A stretch of 53,327 nucleotides of DNA from Perkinsus olseni (GCA_013115125.1 JABANN010000203.1:1-53327), one strand, 5' to 3'; counted from the stretch's first letter, positions 36,213 to 50,100 are shown. The notes: generated from the sequence alone by a model not told the origin. Made by a program: numbers and translations.

Positions 36213-37075
36213 TTCTATAGTCCATGTATATTCCTCGTCTTGTCTCAACCAGTAATGGCTGGCTTACTATAGATATATATCTTTCCCGTACGAAATTGGT
36301 GTTCTGTTAAAGAGTAGCGCGGGTACTCAAGATGGAGAGGATGGAAGCTCGGCAATATTACTCTCGCTGTGCCGCTGCCCTTTTGGACTTGGTTTGTGCT
36401 GGTAACGCAGTTTCGATGAACAAGTGCAACTAGACAGGGGATGCGGACAAAAGTGAGGAAGCGTTTTGAGGAGAAAGGATACCGGTGATGGAGAGGGAGT
36501 GGTCATGTCGCCGGATATGCCGTCGAAGCTGCTAGATCTATCAGAGCAGATGAGGTACCGAGTCGTCATCAGCACAAAATGGTCCACAATTACAGTAGTT
36601 ACGTTTACGCGTGCTTCACAACAACCCTGAATGAGTTACGCAAGGGGGTAGTGAGTGAGAGGACACGCGGTTTCGAACCGCTAGAGCGACCAAACGCGGG
36701 GAGCGATCACATGGCGCTTTCTCATTAAGCCACGTCCTGGCGAACCGGATCGAACCCGTTCGATCCATGCTGCTTTCGGATACTGAATCTTGCGCTGGGG
36801 CGTGCGCGAGTGATGGTGGCGGAGCGAAGTGATGCAGGAATGCTACTTTGTAGGAATCGATGCTTTAGCTACGTATGAGCCATGTAGTACAGTACGCAAC
36901 GCAGGGCTAGTCGCTGTTATTGCGCCTTTCGCACAATGGCTTTTGTCGTCATGGACTAAGCGCGTTGTCTCGTTTGTCGTTTGTACTGTTAGAGGTAAAT
37001 ACTTGTGGGGAGGCCGGGCTGCTTTCGAGGATGGCATGGGAGTGACTCAGTTCCCTTTAAGAGTTTCCTTCCACC

Positions 37076-39128
37076 ATGCCTATTGACGTTAATAAGCTTC
37101 GCGCAGAGAAGGGCGGCGACCCGGAGGCTGTCCGCGCTTCTGAGCAGAAGAGGTAATGTAGCAGTGGGCGTTGACCCTTTTGGTCTACTTGACGGTCATA
37201 ATGATTTGAATACAGGTACCGCGACTCTGATACCGTGGGTACCGCAGTTGATCTCGATCAACAGTGGCGGAAGGATATGTTCGCATTGGACAAGCTCCGT
37301 GAGGAACTAGGCAAGGTAATAGGGGCACCTTAAGGTCGAGCGTGGAAGATGCAAGAGAGGTTGAATAGCATCATAATAGCATATGTCCTCAGATTCAAAA
37401 GGAGATCACTCAGAAGAAGAAGGCCTCCAAGGGTAAGGATCCTTGCACTGAGGAGCTCGCCCGCAAGGCCGAGGGTGAGAAGAAGGTCCAGGAGCAGGAG
37501 AAGCTCGTTGCCGAGGTTGCCAAGTCCCGTGATGCGGTAATATCATAGGCCACTGCTTCGGGGGTGATGGTATTCGCCAGGCCGTTCACTCCATCGGCAA
37601 CATCATCCTCCCTGACGTCCCTGTCAGCAGCGATGAGGACAACAACGAGGTTTACAAGAAGTGGGGCCAGCCCAGGTACTAACACTGGTGATGATTTTGA
37701 CCGGACGGGGGAGGCGTTGTGGTTGGCAGGCAAATCTTTGTCGATGGAAAGACCCCTGGTCACCTCTACCACCACCAGATCATGTACATGCTCGGTGCGA
37801 TGGACCAGGAGCGAGGCATCAACATCGTCGGCCATCGTGGATACTTCCTTCGTGGCGTCGGCGTCCTCCTCAACATGGCCCTTGTTAACTACGGTATGAG
37901 CATGCTCGTCAAGAAGTAATAGAGAGTGCCATCTCGGAGCGATTCGCGGTACCCGATGTCCTTCAGGGGATACACCGCCCTCCAGCCCCCCTTCTTCATG
38001 AAGAAGGACATCATGGCCGAGACTGCCGAGTTGGGTGACTTCGATGAGCAACTTTATAAGGTAATGATTACTACGAGTGTCGCGAACTTAACAGTGTTGT
38101 CGTCTAGGTTAGCGAGTACTCTCAACAGAAGAAGGAAGAGAAGGGCCTTAAGGAGAACGATGGCGAGTACTACCTCATCGCCACTTCGGAGCAGCCCATC
38201 TCTGCCTACCACCGCAAGGAGTGGATCGATGAGGACAAGCTCCCTCTCCGTTACGCTGGGTAATAGGAGGCTGCGCCGCTCATGTCATCGCGCTATGCTC
38301 TTCTTCTTCTTCTTAGTATCTCCACTTGCTTCCGTAAGGAGGCCGGCTCTCACGGCAAGGAGACCTGGGGTCTCTACCGTATCCATCAGTTCGAGAAGCT
38401 TGAGCAGTTCTGCATTACCTCTCCTGAGGAGAGCGTTGCCATGCACGAGCACATGCTTGGTAGGACGCGTAACCTCAGCTTCCCTCAAGCCAATGGGCTT
38501 CCCCTCAGACGTTGCTGAGGAGTTTTACCAGTCCCTCGATCTCCCCTACAGGGTTGTCAAGATCGTCTCCGGTGCCCTCAATGACGCGGCCGCCAAGAAG
38601 TAGTGTCATCCTTATGGCCTCGACCCTTCCTTCTCATCCCGCTCCCTCAGGTACGATCTTGAGGCCTGGTTCCCCGGCTACAACATGTACAAGGAGCTCG
38701 TCTCCTGCTCCAACTGCACGGACTACCAAGCTCGTGCCATGGAGACTCGTTGCGGTCATGTGAAGCAGGGCGAGCGCGAGAAGCGATATGTAAGTGAAGG
38801 TCGACCCTTAGCCTTGCTAGTCAGCTGTCGATCAACAGGTACATATGCTCAACTCAACTCTCTGCGCCACCGAGCGTGCCATGTGCTGCATCGTTGAGAA
38901 CTATCAGGAGGAGGATGGCGTCCGGGTCCCCAGGGTTTTGGTAGGTTGTGGTGGGTGGTGATATAACGGTGGGTCTATTATCACTCCTAGGTGCCCTTCA
39001 TGCACGGTATGGAGTTCCTTCCCTACGTTAAGCCTGTCCCTAAGAACCCTGACGAGGGCAAGAAGGTAGTGCTGGGCACCGGCATGATGGGGGATGAACT
39101 GCTGTCTGCTCAGGCCGAGAAGAAGTAG
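37076..39128 (+). CDS. SARS: Cytosolic seryl-tRNA synthetase, multi-exon
   Basis: [47 protein letters not shown] and [12 protein letters not shown] motifs. Confidence 0.95.
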
Positions 39129-39449
39129 AGTAGCGGTCTTTATGGTTGAAGGAGACTCGTAACATTCCTGTTGCTGCAGTTACTGCCCCCTTGAATGACT
39201 ACTGTTTCGTCGCCATAACAGGCTAAGTTCACACAAACTCTCTTCTGTCGTGTTCATCAGTACTACGGGCAGGGGCGGCGGCGGTAGCACTGGTAGTACC
39301 AGGGATGCTGCTACAAGGGCAAGGTTTGATACGTTACGGATACGAATTCTCCCGGCGAGCCAACGACGTCCTCACTAGACTAAAGGGGGCCTGAGTATGC
39401 GACTTGGCCCTAACTTCGCGGTGTGGAAGTCAGATTACATTCTCTTACT

Positions 39450-42248
39450 ATGAACATGCGCCCGGGATCGCACCTGCTGCTCCTGCAGCTGCTTTTACTG
39501 GCGTTCGCTGTCAATGTGCATGCCTGGTCAATACCATGGTTCGGAGGAAAGAAGGTAATTAGATCCTCGCTGGGGTCGCCTGGGCACCTTGGTCTGGGGT
39601 AACGACACCTTCTTTCTCAGAAAGTGCTGGGAGAGGTGGCAGAGTTGGATGAGACGTCCTTGGACGAGCTGCTCGCTACCGAGTCTATCAGCGCTGTCCT
39701 CTTCTATGCCCCTTGGAGTCCCTACTCGCAGCATGTCCTACTCGTCGAGAGGCCTCTGCGTTGCTCAGCTGCCCATCCTCGATCAGGCCCTACCAATGTG
39801 GCAGGTTGTGGCAGAGAAGTTGGCCCTGAGCAATCCTCCCATCCCAGTAGGGCAAATCGATGCCGCCAAGTACCCTGAGGTAAGATTATGGACTTCCCTC
39901 GTGGTACGCTGAAAAATGGGTTCAAGCTCGAGTGGGCTTCCTCACATGGGTGTTGGTGGGGTCTTAAAGCGTTGCCACTTGAACAGGTTCGCGTGAAGCA
40001 CGAGATCATCGCCAACCCGACGATCAAGCTGTTCATTGACGAGGAGGCATTCGAGTTCCCTCTGCAAGAGGAGAGGACGTGGGCTATTCTCTATAGTGGT
40101 GAAGACTGAGCTCTTCGTCTTAGGTGGGCCAACGCGGTGAACTGGATCAACGAGCGGACCAACAGGGAGCAAGTGGTGACCAATACCGAAGAGATGGATG
40201 CCTTCTTGGATGAGAACCCCCTGGCTGTCATCGGCCTCTTCATGTCCGAGCGAGATTCACAGATGTACCACATTAGCCTGGCCTCCCGCTTTCTCTTCAC
40301 CTACCAATCGAGGAGCTCAGCCTTCCTTCTTCTGGGCGCTAATACGTTCGGGTTCGGGTTCGGGCTCGATCGTAGCTGATAACCCGTGTCCGGGTAGCTT
40401 GAGACGACTACGGGTGCAGGTTCAAGAAGACTTCGCGCCACTTTGATGACGTTTCATTCGCCGTCACTTACGGCAGTAACTCTCGAGAGATGGCCCAATA
40501 CTTAGTCAAGCTCGGGTACTACTACCCCTCCGCAAAAGTCTATGGACCGCGAATTCTCTCCTGTGTAGGAAGATCGCGGACACTCCCACTCGGTTCCCAA
40601 CTTTAGTGATGCTTTACCAACACGACGAGAAGGCCGCTGTGTATGACGGTGATATGGGCGACTATCATAAAGTAGGAGGACAAAGGAGGCCTGATGAGAA
40701 GCTTATCTGTCTCCGTCAGGTTGATCAGTTCATCCTTTCCCGTCGAGTACCAATGGTAACGGAGTTCTCCGCTGAGACTGCCGACCAGGTAAAATGCAGA
40801 CTGCTTGGATCGAACCCGCGACCATCTGCAGTAGCGTGCGTGTAGATCTTCTCGAGTGGTATGCCTACGATATTCCTCTTCCGCGACCCCGAGTCTGAGG
40901 TGGGACAGCAGGCTGAGGCTGCCCTAAGAGAGGCTAGCACAACGCTCAGAGGTAATCACCGGGTGGCTGAGCAAATACATCGTCTGGGAAGTCGCCGCTA
41001 AAACCATAGCGACTCTTGAGTGATGTCAGAGATGCATCTCACCATAACGCATAGGAACAGAAATCCAGAAATAGTCGTTAGTCGAAGAAACATACTCTCA
41101 AGCGACTTCACTTAGCACCCCGGACAACTCTGTTGACCAGTACACAGTAGATGCAACAGTTCGAACTGAGCAGGCAAGTTTGACCTCCCCCTCAGGCTCG
41201 GTCGTCTTCGCCCTCGCTAGTGATACGAACGAGCCCATCCAGCAGCAGCTGTTCCATGAGTTGGCACTTGAGAACGTAAGTCCAGTCGATCCTCGCAGCC
41301 TTCAACATCCAACGCTATCAGTTGGAGCCATCGGATTTCCCCACTACGCGTTTGGTGTATCGCTCGACGCGTTCTCATCAACATCGCCAATACATGGACG
41401 TGAAGGCTCGGAAGTACCGTATTGATGCCGGCTACGGCGCTCGAGCGTGCCCACCAGGTGAGGGTCCCATCATGCTGCTGCCAGACATCACAAGTTTTCT
41501 TCTCGCAGTTACTTCTCCTGACCACTACAGATCATTCGTGTATCAATATTCCAAAGGAATGATCAAAGCCTACCAGCGCTCAGAGCCCCTTCCTGTATAC
41601 TATGGCAACGAGCCCGTTGTACAGGTAGGCCGTGTCTCGCTCCTGCCGAATGTGACCCTGAGCCCTCAGGCGGTCGGTAGCAACTTCCAAGAACTTGTCC
41701 TGAATTCACCCCAAGACGTCCTTGTCGACTTTTACGCGCCCTGGTGCGGTCATTGCAGAAAGTTCGAGCCCATCTATCGGTCACTCGGGGAAAGTCTGAA
41801 GCCCCTGAGGAATACGTAGCATCTCTGCACCGCCTTGGACGCGGCGGCTCCAACTGCCTCTCAGGTTGCGAATCGTGAAGATCGATGCGACCCAGAATGA
41901 AGTCCCTGAACAGATCACTGGTTTCCCTACGATTCTCCTTTACCCCGCTGGTAAGTTCCCTCGCCCTTCTCTTACCCCTGTATGCCTACTGCCCCTTCCC
42001 AGGCAAGAAGGATACGCCGGTAGAGTTCCGTCAGCAGCGAACGGTCCCCGTCTTGACGAAGTAGGTCTGGGGCTCCTTTCACTTGGCTCATTAGTGCTGT
42101 CCTCAGGTTCCTCAAGGCTCACTGCACTAACCCTCTCACTCTTTCTCAAGAGGACCCCAACGCTCGGTGGCAGGTGAGGCAAAGTCTGATCATTTCTTTG
42201 TAAATGCCCATCTCATCCTTTTAGGGACTCAGCCCCGATGAGCTGTAA
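39450..42248 (+). CDS. Protein disulfide isomerase-like (a-b-b'-a'), signal peptide, C-terminal PDEL
   Basis: FYAPWSPYS (first site non-catalytic), DFYAPWCGHC, KIDATQNE and GFPTI. Confidence 0.9.
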
Positions 42249-42453
42249 AGGCGCGATAATACTGTGTTGTTTTCCTGTGTATTCTCAGCTGTTCCAGCCC
42301 GCCGAAGGCAATTCACCAGTGAAACCTGAGTGCTCATTTTCGATCTGCTTGCGAGCATTTGCGTTACCCTGAGTGAAAGACTCCATCGCGCAACAGTCAT
42401 CAAACAGGAGCTGCATTGAATGATAAAGGAAACATGAAGGTGCATGTCGAAGT

Positions 42454-44644
42454 TTAACAGGGCGAAGAGAACCCTTCGAAGTGCCACTCGCGATCTGCAT
42501 ATCTGAGCGCCTTGTGTGGCCGTAAAATTGTGAGGAGCCAAGGCTCACTTGATAAGACCAGCCACGGTGACCATGATAGCAGCAAAGGCTATGATCCCGG
42601 CTAGGAGGAATATGAGGAGGGCGGTCAGCCCTCGACGTCTCACGATAGTGTCGATTATGGTCTTGCCCACCAGAGTGCCAACGAAGGCAGCGGAGAAGTA
42701 CACAACCTGAGAAAGTCGAACTAGTGTAATGCACTACTGGTGTGCTCACAGCGTAATCCCAGGGGACAAGCCCCGCCATGATGAAGACCAAAGCGGCAGA
42801 GGAGGAGGTGAAGACGATGAGGGTGGCTGTTGTTGCGGTGGAGACCTGCTCGGGTGTTCCAAGACTCGGATTTATCAGTGGTACTTGCCTGCGGAAGGAC
42901 GCCAAGGTTGAGCATGAGAGGGCCGAGTACCATACCACCACCAATTCCTAGGAGGCCTGCCATAATGCCTGCTGCAAACGTAGCCAGAGAGTAGAAGATA
43001 AAACTAGGGTATGTCCAGATAACATCGCCTAAGGGGCAGTGTTTACTCGTCGTGAGTGGGGAAAAGTGTGGTACCAGACACGAAGGGGTAGTCAACCGTC
43101 GCCTTGGCTGCACTGTCCATCACCGCGGACCGTCCCATGCACAGACCGAAGAGGATGAGCCAAGCCATAACCACCGCGGAGAGGGTCCAGTAGGCCCAGC
43201 CACAGTACGGTACAGCATCAGGGATAACAGACCTTGAAAGGGGCCGGGAATTGGCTACTTCTTAATAGTGTCTGGTAGTAGTAGTACGAGGACCTCACTC
43301 TGTGCCCTTGCCTCCGCGGAGCAGTAGCAGTAGAATTATTGTAGCCCAGACCATGGCAAGCTTCCAGTATTTCTCCAAAGGGTACTGAAGATTGGCGATG
43401 GTGTGGTGTACGGGCGTCTGATCGCAACTACTACCTGCCTTGCATCTCTGTCCTTCCACTGCTCCCTCACAACGGCGCTGTCGCTGGCAGCATCATCAGG
43501 TGGCAGCCTACAAGGAGACGTGCTGACCCCTTCACAACCTCCCCTGCTGCAAGACACTAGAGATGGCAGAGGCCCTTCATCACACTCCTGGGCGGAGGCC
43601 ACGCCATGCTCATTCCTGAATCCTTCTGCCTTCCCATCGCCGTCACACGGCTGGGATCCGTTGGGGGTGTTAACTGATCTCAAAGGGGCATTGAATGGAC
43701 GATGAGCATCCACCGCGCCCACCCTCAGGACCATCCTCTCTTGTCGGAAAAGCTCGACTCTGCCGCTCCTCCCGATACACTCTGATGCCTCTCGCAAAGG
43801 TCTTGGCGGAGGTGAGGCCCAGAACCAGAGACATGATTATTATGACCAGCCAGGTTGGGAGGATCTACGACCGAGGGCGATGTCCGACCAGGGCAGCCGG
43901 GCGAACCCGACCATTTGGATGAGGGCCCCGAGAAGGGCTCCTGCCATCTCCATTGGGGCAAGGAAGAGGGCCATATCGAAGTCGATGAGGGGCCTCGGAG
44001 CCTTGGGGTGCCGGGCACGGGAGTTTAGGATGAACCCAGCCAGGGATGCTCCAAAGATACTCGCCTAACAGAGGCAGCGTGGACTTCATGCGAGGTGGAA
44101 TCTCGTCCTACTTGTGAGAGACCAGTCGAGGCTTTGGTGGAGAAACGTAAGAGGAGTATGCCCAGAGGAACGAAGATGCCACCGCCGCCCACTCCCGCAG
44201 ACACCGCCAGGCCTGAGGTCGACCGTCGCTGAGAAGCTGGTCAGCATCTCTCACCCGAGGAGATGAACCAGATGAAGAGGGCTGGTATGTCGTACTTCCT
44301 CCATTCGTCAAAGATGCGCCTATCGACGCACTTGTCCTCGTGGACGTCCTGCCCACATTGGGCAGTTGATCAAGTTATTGTCTACTCAGGGCCTACCTCC
44401 ACTCGGAGGCCCGGACATTCTTTAGGGCACTCTCCAGTGGCAAGGCAGACGGTAGCGTTTGACGACGGAGCAGCGCAGGCTATTGGGTAACCCTTATCCG
44501 TGCAGACCGAGGTGGCAGCCGCGGATGCCGTCGGTATCTGCTGACCGCCGCGTTGGGTGTCTCCTCGAGAGGTGTGCTCACTGTTGGTATGACGATCAGT
44601 AGGGCGTGTCTTGCCAGGAGTAGCGCGGTGAATCCCAAACTCAT
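42454..44644 (-). CDS. TauE/SafE (sulfite exporter-like) membrane protein, multi-exon
   Basis: GVGGGGIFVP, PLIDFDMALFLAP and AGLLGIGGGMVLGP motifs; ends FEGFSSPC*. Confidence 0.85.
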
Positions 44645-44986
44645 GACCGGGGTGATCAAATTCAACCGTGGTTTCCCGTCGTGCACGACCGTGTGCTTGT
44701 GTATGGTATAGCTGATAATGAACTCAACAACGGCCAAGGTGGGAGAAGGCAGTAGTAAGTGGGCAACCTCGAAGGGAGCGCAACCGGCTGCCGTTTAGTA
44801 ATCGAGGTAAAAAGTGATCTCAATAACTTCAGCGGCAACAACAAGACCTCATACAGCAGAGGAGGACGAGGACGACCGCTGCATTCAACTAGCGGAAGAC
44901 GACGATCAATACGCCACTAAGATGCGGGTTGTTGTGGTCCACATGAAGACTACTCTAGTCTAAGGTCCCCAGGCTAGAAACGGCCA

Positions 44987-46408
44987 TCAGGCTACAAGGT
45001 ACCCGCTACTACTGTCGTCACTACTGCGACGACGACCAGCGTGATTATTACCACCGAGATAGAGTATGGACATCACCAACAGGAGCAGGAGGGACGGAGG
45101 GAAGTCTGAGGGTGATCGGATGACGACTCTGTCCCGAACATCTACCGCCGTATCATCATCCATGGTAGTGGGGAAGATATTGTCCTCGTAGAATCGTTGT
45201 TGCTGTTTTATTACGGGCTGGGAAGGGGAGGTAACGGGCAGAGACACAGCTCCAGACCTCGTACCAGATGAGGAGGCAGAGAACGCAACGCAGGCGATTA
45301 TAGATACCACCAGAAAGAAAGAGGGCCCGAAGGGGCGTCGTAGTAGTAGAAGTCGAGACATTAATAATGGCAACTGAGGGAGAGACGCTTCCGGAAACGA
45401 TGGTGATGATGATGGTGAACTCAACACTACGACGATTCTGAGGAAAATGCCTCGAAATGGATGATGGGTTGACCGATAACCCGCTGATGAGAAGACCTTG
45501 CCATCGACGGCAGGATGTTGAGGGACTTCAACAACCGCTGGACAGACACTGAGTGCCAGAAGGGAGCTTCGGGACGGGTGTAGCCAGATATGGAGCTACT
45601 GAGGTTGTACATTATCAGAGAATGGTACCATCATAGAGCACGGAGCGTATTGCAGCTCATCGGAAGAAAAATATCACCACCGGTAGCGGCAGTACGAAGA
45701 TAAATGTCACATTTGATACTAGACACCCTAGTGTGGGGAAAATAAGAGGAAGGAGATGAAGAAGAACGACAACAGCTATCAAGGTTGAGCTTGCTACTCA
45801 GAGCTTCTCTCCTTCACCTAAAACCCAGGATGATGATGATGATACTTCGACCGATTCCCACACTATTACCATGGCCAAGGACGCTAAAGTATCCGTTACG
45901 TATCTATCCGTGCCTCGGTTGTGGCCGCCAGCTGCCAATCACGGTGGCTGCTGCTGTTGTTGTCGTTACTCCATCCATAGTTACCAGTCCGACTGCCTTC
46001 CCCAGTCGAGTTGTACGTATCACCATCTTGAGCCACACTGCTGCAACTGCTGTCCATCGCCCCCTTCTCCTCCTCTTCCCCATCCTCAGCACTCCCTCTT
46101 GAATAGAGGAGCACCGCCAAGGCCAGGAAGAACATGGAGGGAGGTGTGTTGAGGATACCCCCGGCAGCAGCACTGTAAGGCCCCTCCGGACCCAATCGCC
46201 CGACTGACGTCCCATCCAAGGCATCCGTCGCTGGACCATCATCAGCAATAGATGAGATCAGTGCGATCGCTGGGTCAGCCTCCACGCCCAACCACCCGGA
46301 AGCCGGGGCCACGGCGAGTAGGAGAGTGAGGAAGACCAAAGCGAAGCAAAGAGAAGATCCTCGTTTTCGACTACCACCAAAAATTATTTTGGATGGCGCG
46401 CCGGACAT
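44987..46408 (-). CDS. Hypothetical membrane/secreted protein(s)
   Basis: ORFs 45896-46408 and 44987-45427 carry hydrophobic segments; no recognisable domain. Confidence 0.35.
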
Positions 46409-46908
46409 TTGCGGGGGAACTGTTAAAAATGGAGTCGAAGGCCTATAAAGATCCGAGTATCTTAACTTGATGCGCGCAAGATAGAGAATAGGTCAAGTTC
46501 ATCGTTGAAATCCGCGTCGCATTCATAGCTTTGCACATGCAGCGTCCTCTCCTCATCCGCTCACTGTGTAGCTCATGCTCGGCGAACATATTCTATATGA
46601 ACATCTCCTACAGGTCGTACGGCAATTTCCCATGCGACCAGCGCGAGAATAATCCACCGAGGGGATGCGGTCTCCCGTCCGTGACGGCAGGGAGGGCTGT
46701 GACGTTCACTGGGCGCGCGCTTTTTCTTTTCAGTGCTCACGAAGGAAAGCCTTCACTACGAGCTTTGGTTCTCTGTAAATACTCGTGAGACGAGGGGTCG
46801 TTAAGGTGAATAGTCGCCGGTAGCACCACTTCCATTCTTCCTCGTGCTGCATGGACTGGAAGAAAAGTGCACGCAACCGGGAAGATCGTGTGCGATGAGC
46901 AAGTTGTA

Positions 46909-46985
46909 GTATGATTTGTTCTAGTGGTAGAGCGCCGGACCATATTACCGAAGGTCGTGGGTTCGATCCACGAGAGGTCTATTTT
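46909..46985 (+). pseudogene. Degenerate tRNA-like element (A box, B box, T4)
   Basis: GTTC-TAGTGGTA-GAGC D-arm, AGGTCGTGGGTTCGATCCAC T-arm and TTTT; acceptor stem does not pair and anticodon arm is irregular. Confidence 0.65.
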
Positions 46986-47114
46986 CGAAAAGTTCGAGAC
47001 ATACACCCAGTCAAGAACGGCCTTTATCAGCTTCGACTAAGTCATGTTGGAGATCTCTCCGAGTTAGCATACCGTGCCCCCGTTCAGTTCCCCCTCCTCG
47101 TTGAATCCCTGCCA

Positions 47115-50100
47115 ATGCCAGAAGACCTGTCACCCGCCCCCACCCCTGCAGAGGAAACCAACCTGGATATCCTCACCAAAGTGAATGCAATGTTAGAAAG
47201 TACTACCGTTTTGTAGAAAGGCCGCGGTCAGCGTCGCCGCCGTCCCTGAAAATCGTCGAAGCAATAAGAGCATCTCTAGTGTGCCATGTTGTGGCTCCTT
47301 CAGACTACGTGGCGTCCCTCGATGACCGGCATCATAAGGTTGTCCAATTCAAGAGCCCCGAGGAGATCTCCAGGATATTTTCTGAGAAAGCCTGTGATCT
47401 TTCCCTCAAGGATGGTGAGCCGGCTGGACGAAGGACGTATGCTCGTAATCATCGCGGTACAGGTCAGCCTGCTGGCGAGGAACGAATCCTGAAGGCCTGT
47501 GAGGCTACTCTGGCACTCTCTGTGAGGACCGGTCACCCTCATTTTTTCAACCAGCTCATTGGCCGTGCTGATGTTACTGGTAGTACTTGAGAATTCATTT
47601 CGTAAGGCCGTGGGTTCGATCCCTGGTCTGGATGACCTACGTTTCGCATCCAAACAGTCCGCTGGATTCTGATCTAATTCTATGTTACCTCTGGAGGCTA
47701 TGCCCTCTCGTCCAGTCCCACTCTCCAATCCCTCTAAGCCTCCTCGTCCAACTCCCGGAATTATCCAACTGAAGCTGCCGGGATTCCCCGTCGTGGAACC
47801 CGAGCAGCCATGTGGCCGTCGGTATGATCAATTCTATTAGCCGTTACGCATTGCATTTGGCTTCATAATGTACCTTGAGAGGCCCCCTGAGCAGGTATTG
47901 CCGGTGAAACGCTCGTCGCCGCTACCAACGGTTCGGCATATACGTACGAGGTGGCACCGGTGTTCTTGCTCGTCGAGCAGGAGGTCATGAATAAGACCTT
48001 CGACCTGGTGGGGTTCAGCCGAGATACCGCCGAAGGTGAGTAATCCTGAATGCTCTGTGCGTCGGGAGTCACTGCCACCGGACTCCTGTCGTCCGCTGCG
48101 CCCTATGGGGATCGAGGCTTGTGTTGCCCAGGCCTCACCGTGCCAGGAGGTTCAATCTCCAACCTCTATGCGCTCCAGACTGCGAGATACTATAAGTTCC
48201 CCAAGGTTAAGACCGAGGGCATCTTTGCTATTGGAGGCCAACCTGTTGCGTAGGACTGTTGCCGTCTCATTGGAGTCGGGTGTTGTCGGTACCTTCCCAG
48301 GTACTGCTCGGCAGGAGCTCACTATTCCTACACGAAGGCGGCTCTAGTGGTCGGGCTAGGGTCCAATAATATGGTTGAGGTAGTACCAAGCAGTCGGGAG
48401 AGCTGTCGTGGCGTTCGGAGCGGCCTCCTGTACTTGTCTGAAACGGTTGCTGTCCCGCGCCTGGAGGCTGGATCCTCGAGGGGGCACTGAGTAGCTCGTA
48501 GTAGCCGCTTCCATAGCGCGTTCGGGTGACCTTCTTTCGTTGTGTTATCTGCTTGGGATAGATACCGATGGACTCTCGAGGCCGCATGCGGGCTGATCTT
48601 CTCGAGAAGAGAGTGGCAGAGGACCTGGCGGTCGGCAAGAAGCCCTTCTTCGTTGGCGCCACTGCTGGCACAACTGTCATGGGTAAGGGGCAATAGCTCG
48701 CCAGAGTGGCTTTTCTTTCATAGATTCCCTGTTCTCGCTCCGCCTCGGGAACAGCAGTGCTCTGTGGGGTTTCTATGCTTCTTTTCAGGGGCTTTTGACG
48801 ACATCGAAGCCCTTCGGGAGGTTTGCGATAAATTCGGCTTGTGGTTGCATGTCGATGGAGCTTGGGGTAGTACAAGATTGCCTGACCCGCACCGCTCCGC
48901 TAAGGGGAAATGTTTTTTCCGTCGTAGGTGGTGCCGTATTGTTGTCACCGAAGTACAAGAAGGCTCTGCTGTCGGGTGTTGACAAGGCCGACTCATTCTG
49001 CTGGAACCCCCATAAAATGGTAGCCTCGCGTCCTTACCATCGCCCGTACCGTCTGGTTAGGTGGGAGCTCCGCTCCAGTGCAGTATATTCACGCACAACA
49101 AGGGACATGGGCTGGTAGGTGGTAAGGCACAGTAGTGTTCCTGGATCTTGCTGTCCTGCTGCTAGCTGCAAGCCTGCAATGGTACTTGTGCGACGTACCT
49201 CTTCCAGAAGGATAAGAATTACTCTTCTTATGATAAGGGTGATTGGACCATACAGTGTAATACCAGCACCCGGGCGTGGGGTGGTTGTCGTCGATCCATG
49301 TCCAGCACCTCAGGCGGACGGAAGCCCGATGCTTTCAAGACTTGGTTGGCTTGGAAGAGGCTCGGTGACGATGGCATCAGGCGCAGGGTTGAATACGGTA
49401 GTGAGGATAGGTCGTGACGGTGGTTCTGGTGATTGTGATGTCCAGGGATCGAGCTGGCGAGATATGCCGCTAGTGAAATTAAGAAGTCGTCTGCGGACTC
49501 TAGTCGGTTCGCTGGTAAATTCGTGCTGTATCGAGATCCTGAGTACGCTAACGTGTGCTTCTGGTGAGCTGATGGGAAGAGGATACAGGTTTCATGGGGG
49601 CATCGCAGGATGAATACTGAATGGAAAATCCCAAATGTTCATACCAAATTTTGGTGAACGAGCAGAATAATAAATGAGACAGCAGCATACGAACGTTAGC
49701 AATATACCGACGACTCAGTGAATCGACCTATCACCACCCCTATGTGAAGAAGTGAGACCATGATGGTGGAGTGATGGCGTTTGTGGTGGTGCAGGCTTTC
49801 CGTATTATTCTCAGACCGTTGGGTTACGACAGATTCCTTTGTGGTTGAAGATTTGCTGGGGGAGCTCGCTGCTACTCTCGTTCATGTTTAGGTATCTTCC
49901 GCCCTCTCTTTTCCACTTGGAGCCGTTAGAAGGCCTCAATGACGAGGACGCTGCTAAACTGACTAAGGCGAGAAATTCGAGCATGATAAGAGGATACGGT
50001 GGAAGCTTTCAGGTTACACCTTACATCAAGGACAAGATGCAACGCGTGGGCCTTGCTTTGATCACTTTCACAGGACCCTACAACTTTTTCCGGTACTATT

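Noticed and set aside
40346-40371. GTTCG-GGTTCG-GGTTCG-GGCTCG run in a PDI intron
   Set aside because: Resembles the B-box start but lacks the A..CC half; treated as a short tandem repeat and not counted
40952-41195. Longer introns (here and 49564-49890) as snoRNA/ncRNA hosts
   Set aside because: Only short inverted matches; no convincing C/D or H/ACA box arrangement by eye. An Infernal/snoscan run would be needed
46909-46985. Functional tRNA gene
   Set aside because: Acceptor stem does not pair, anticodon arm is irregular and the T-arm is one base short; kept only as a degenerate element. No intact tRNA was seen anywhere in the window
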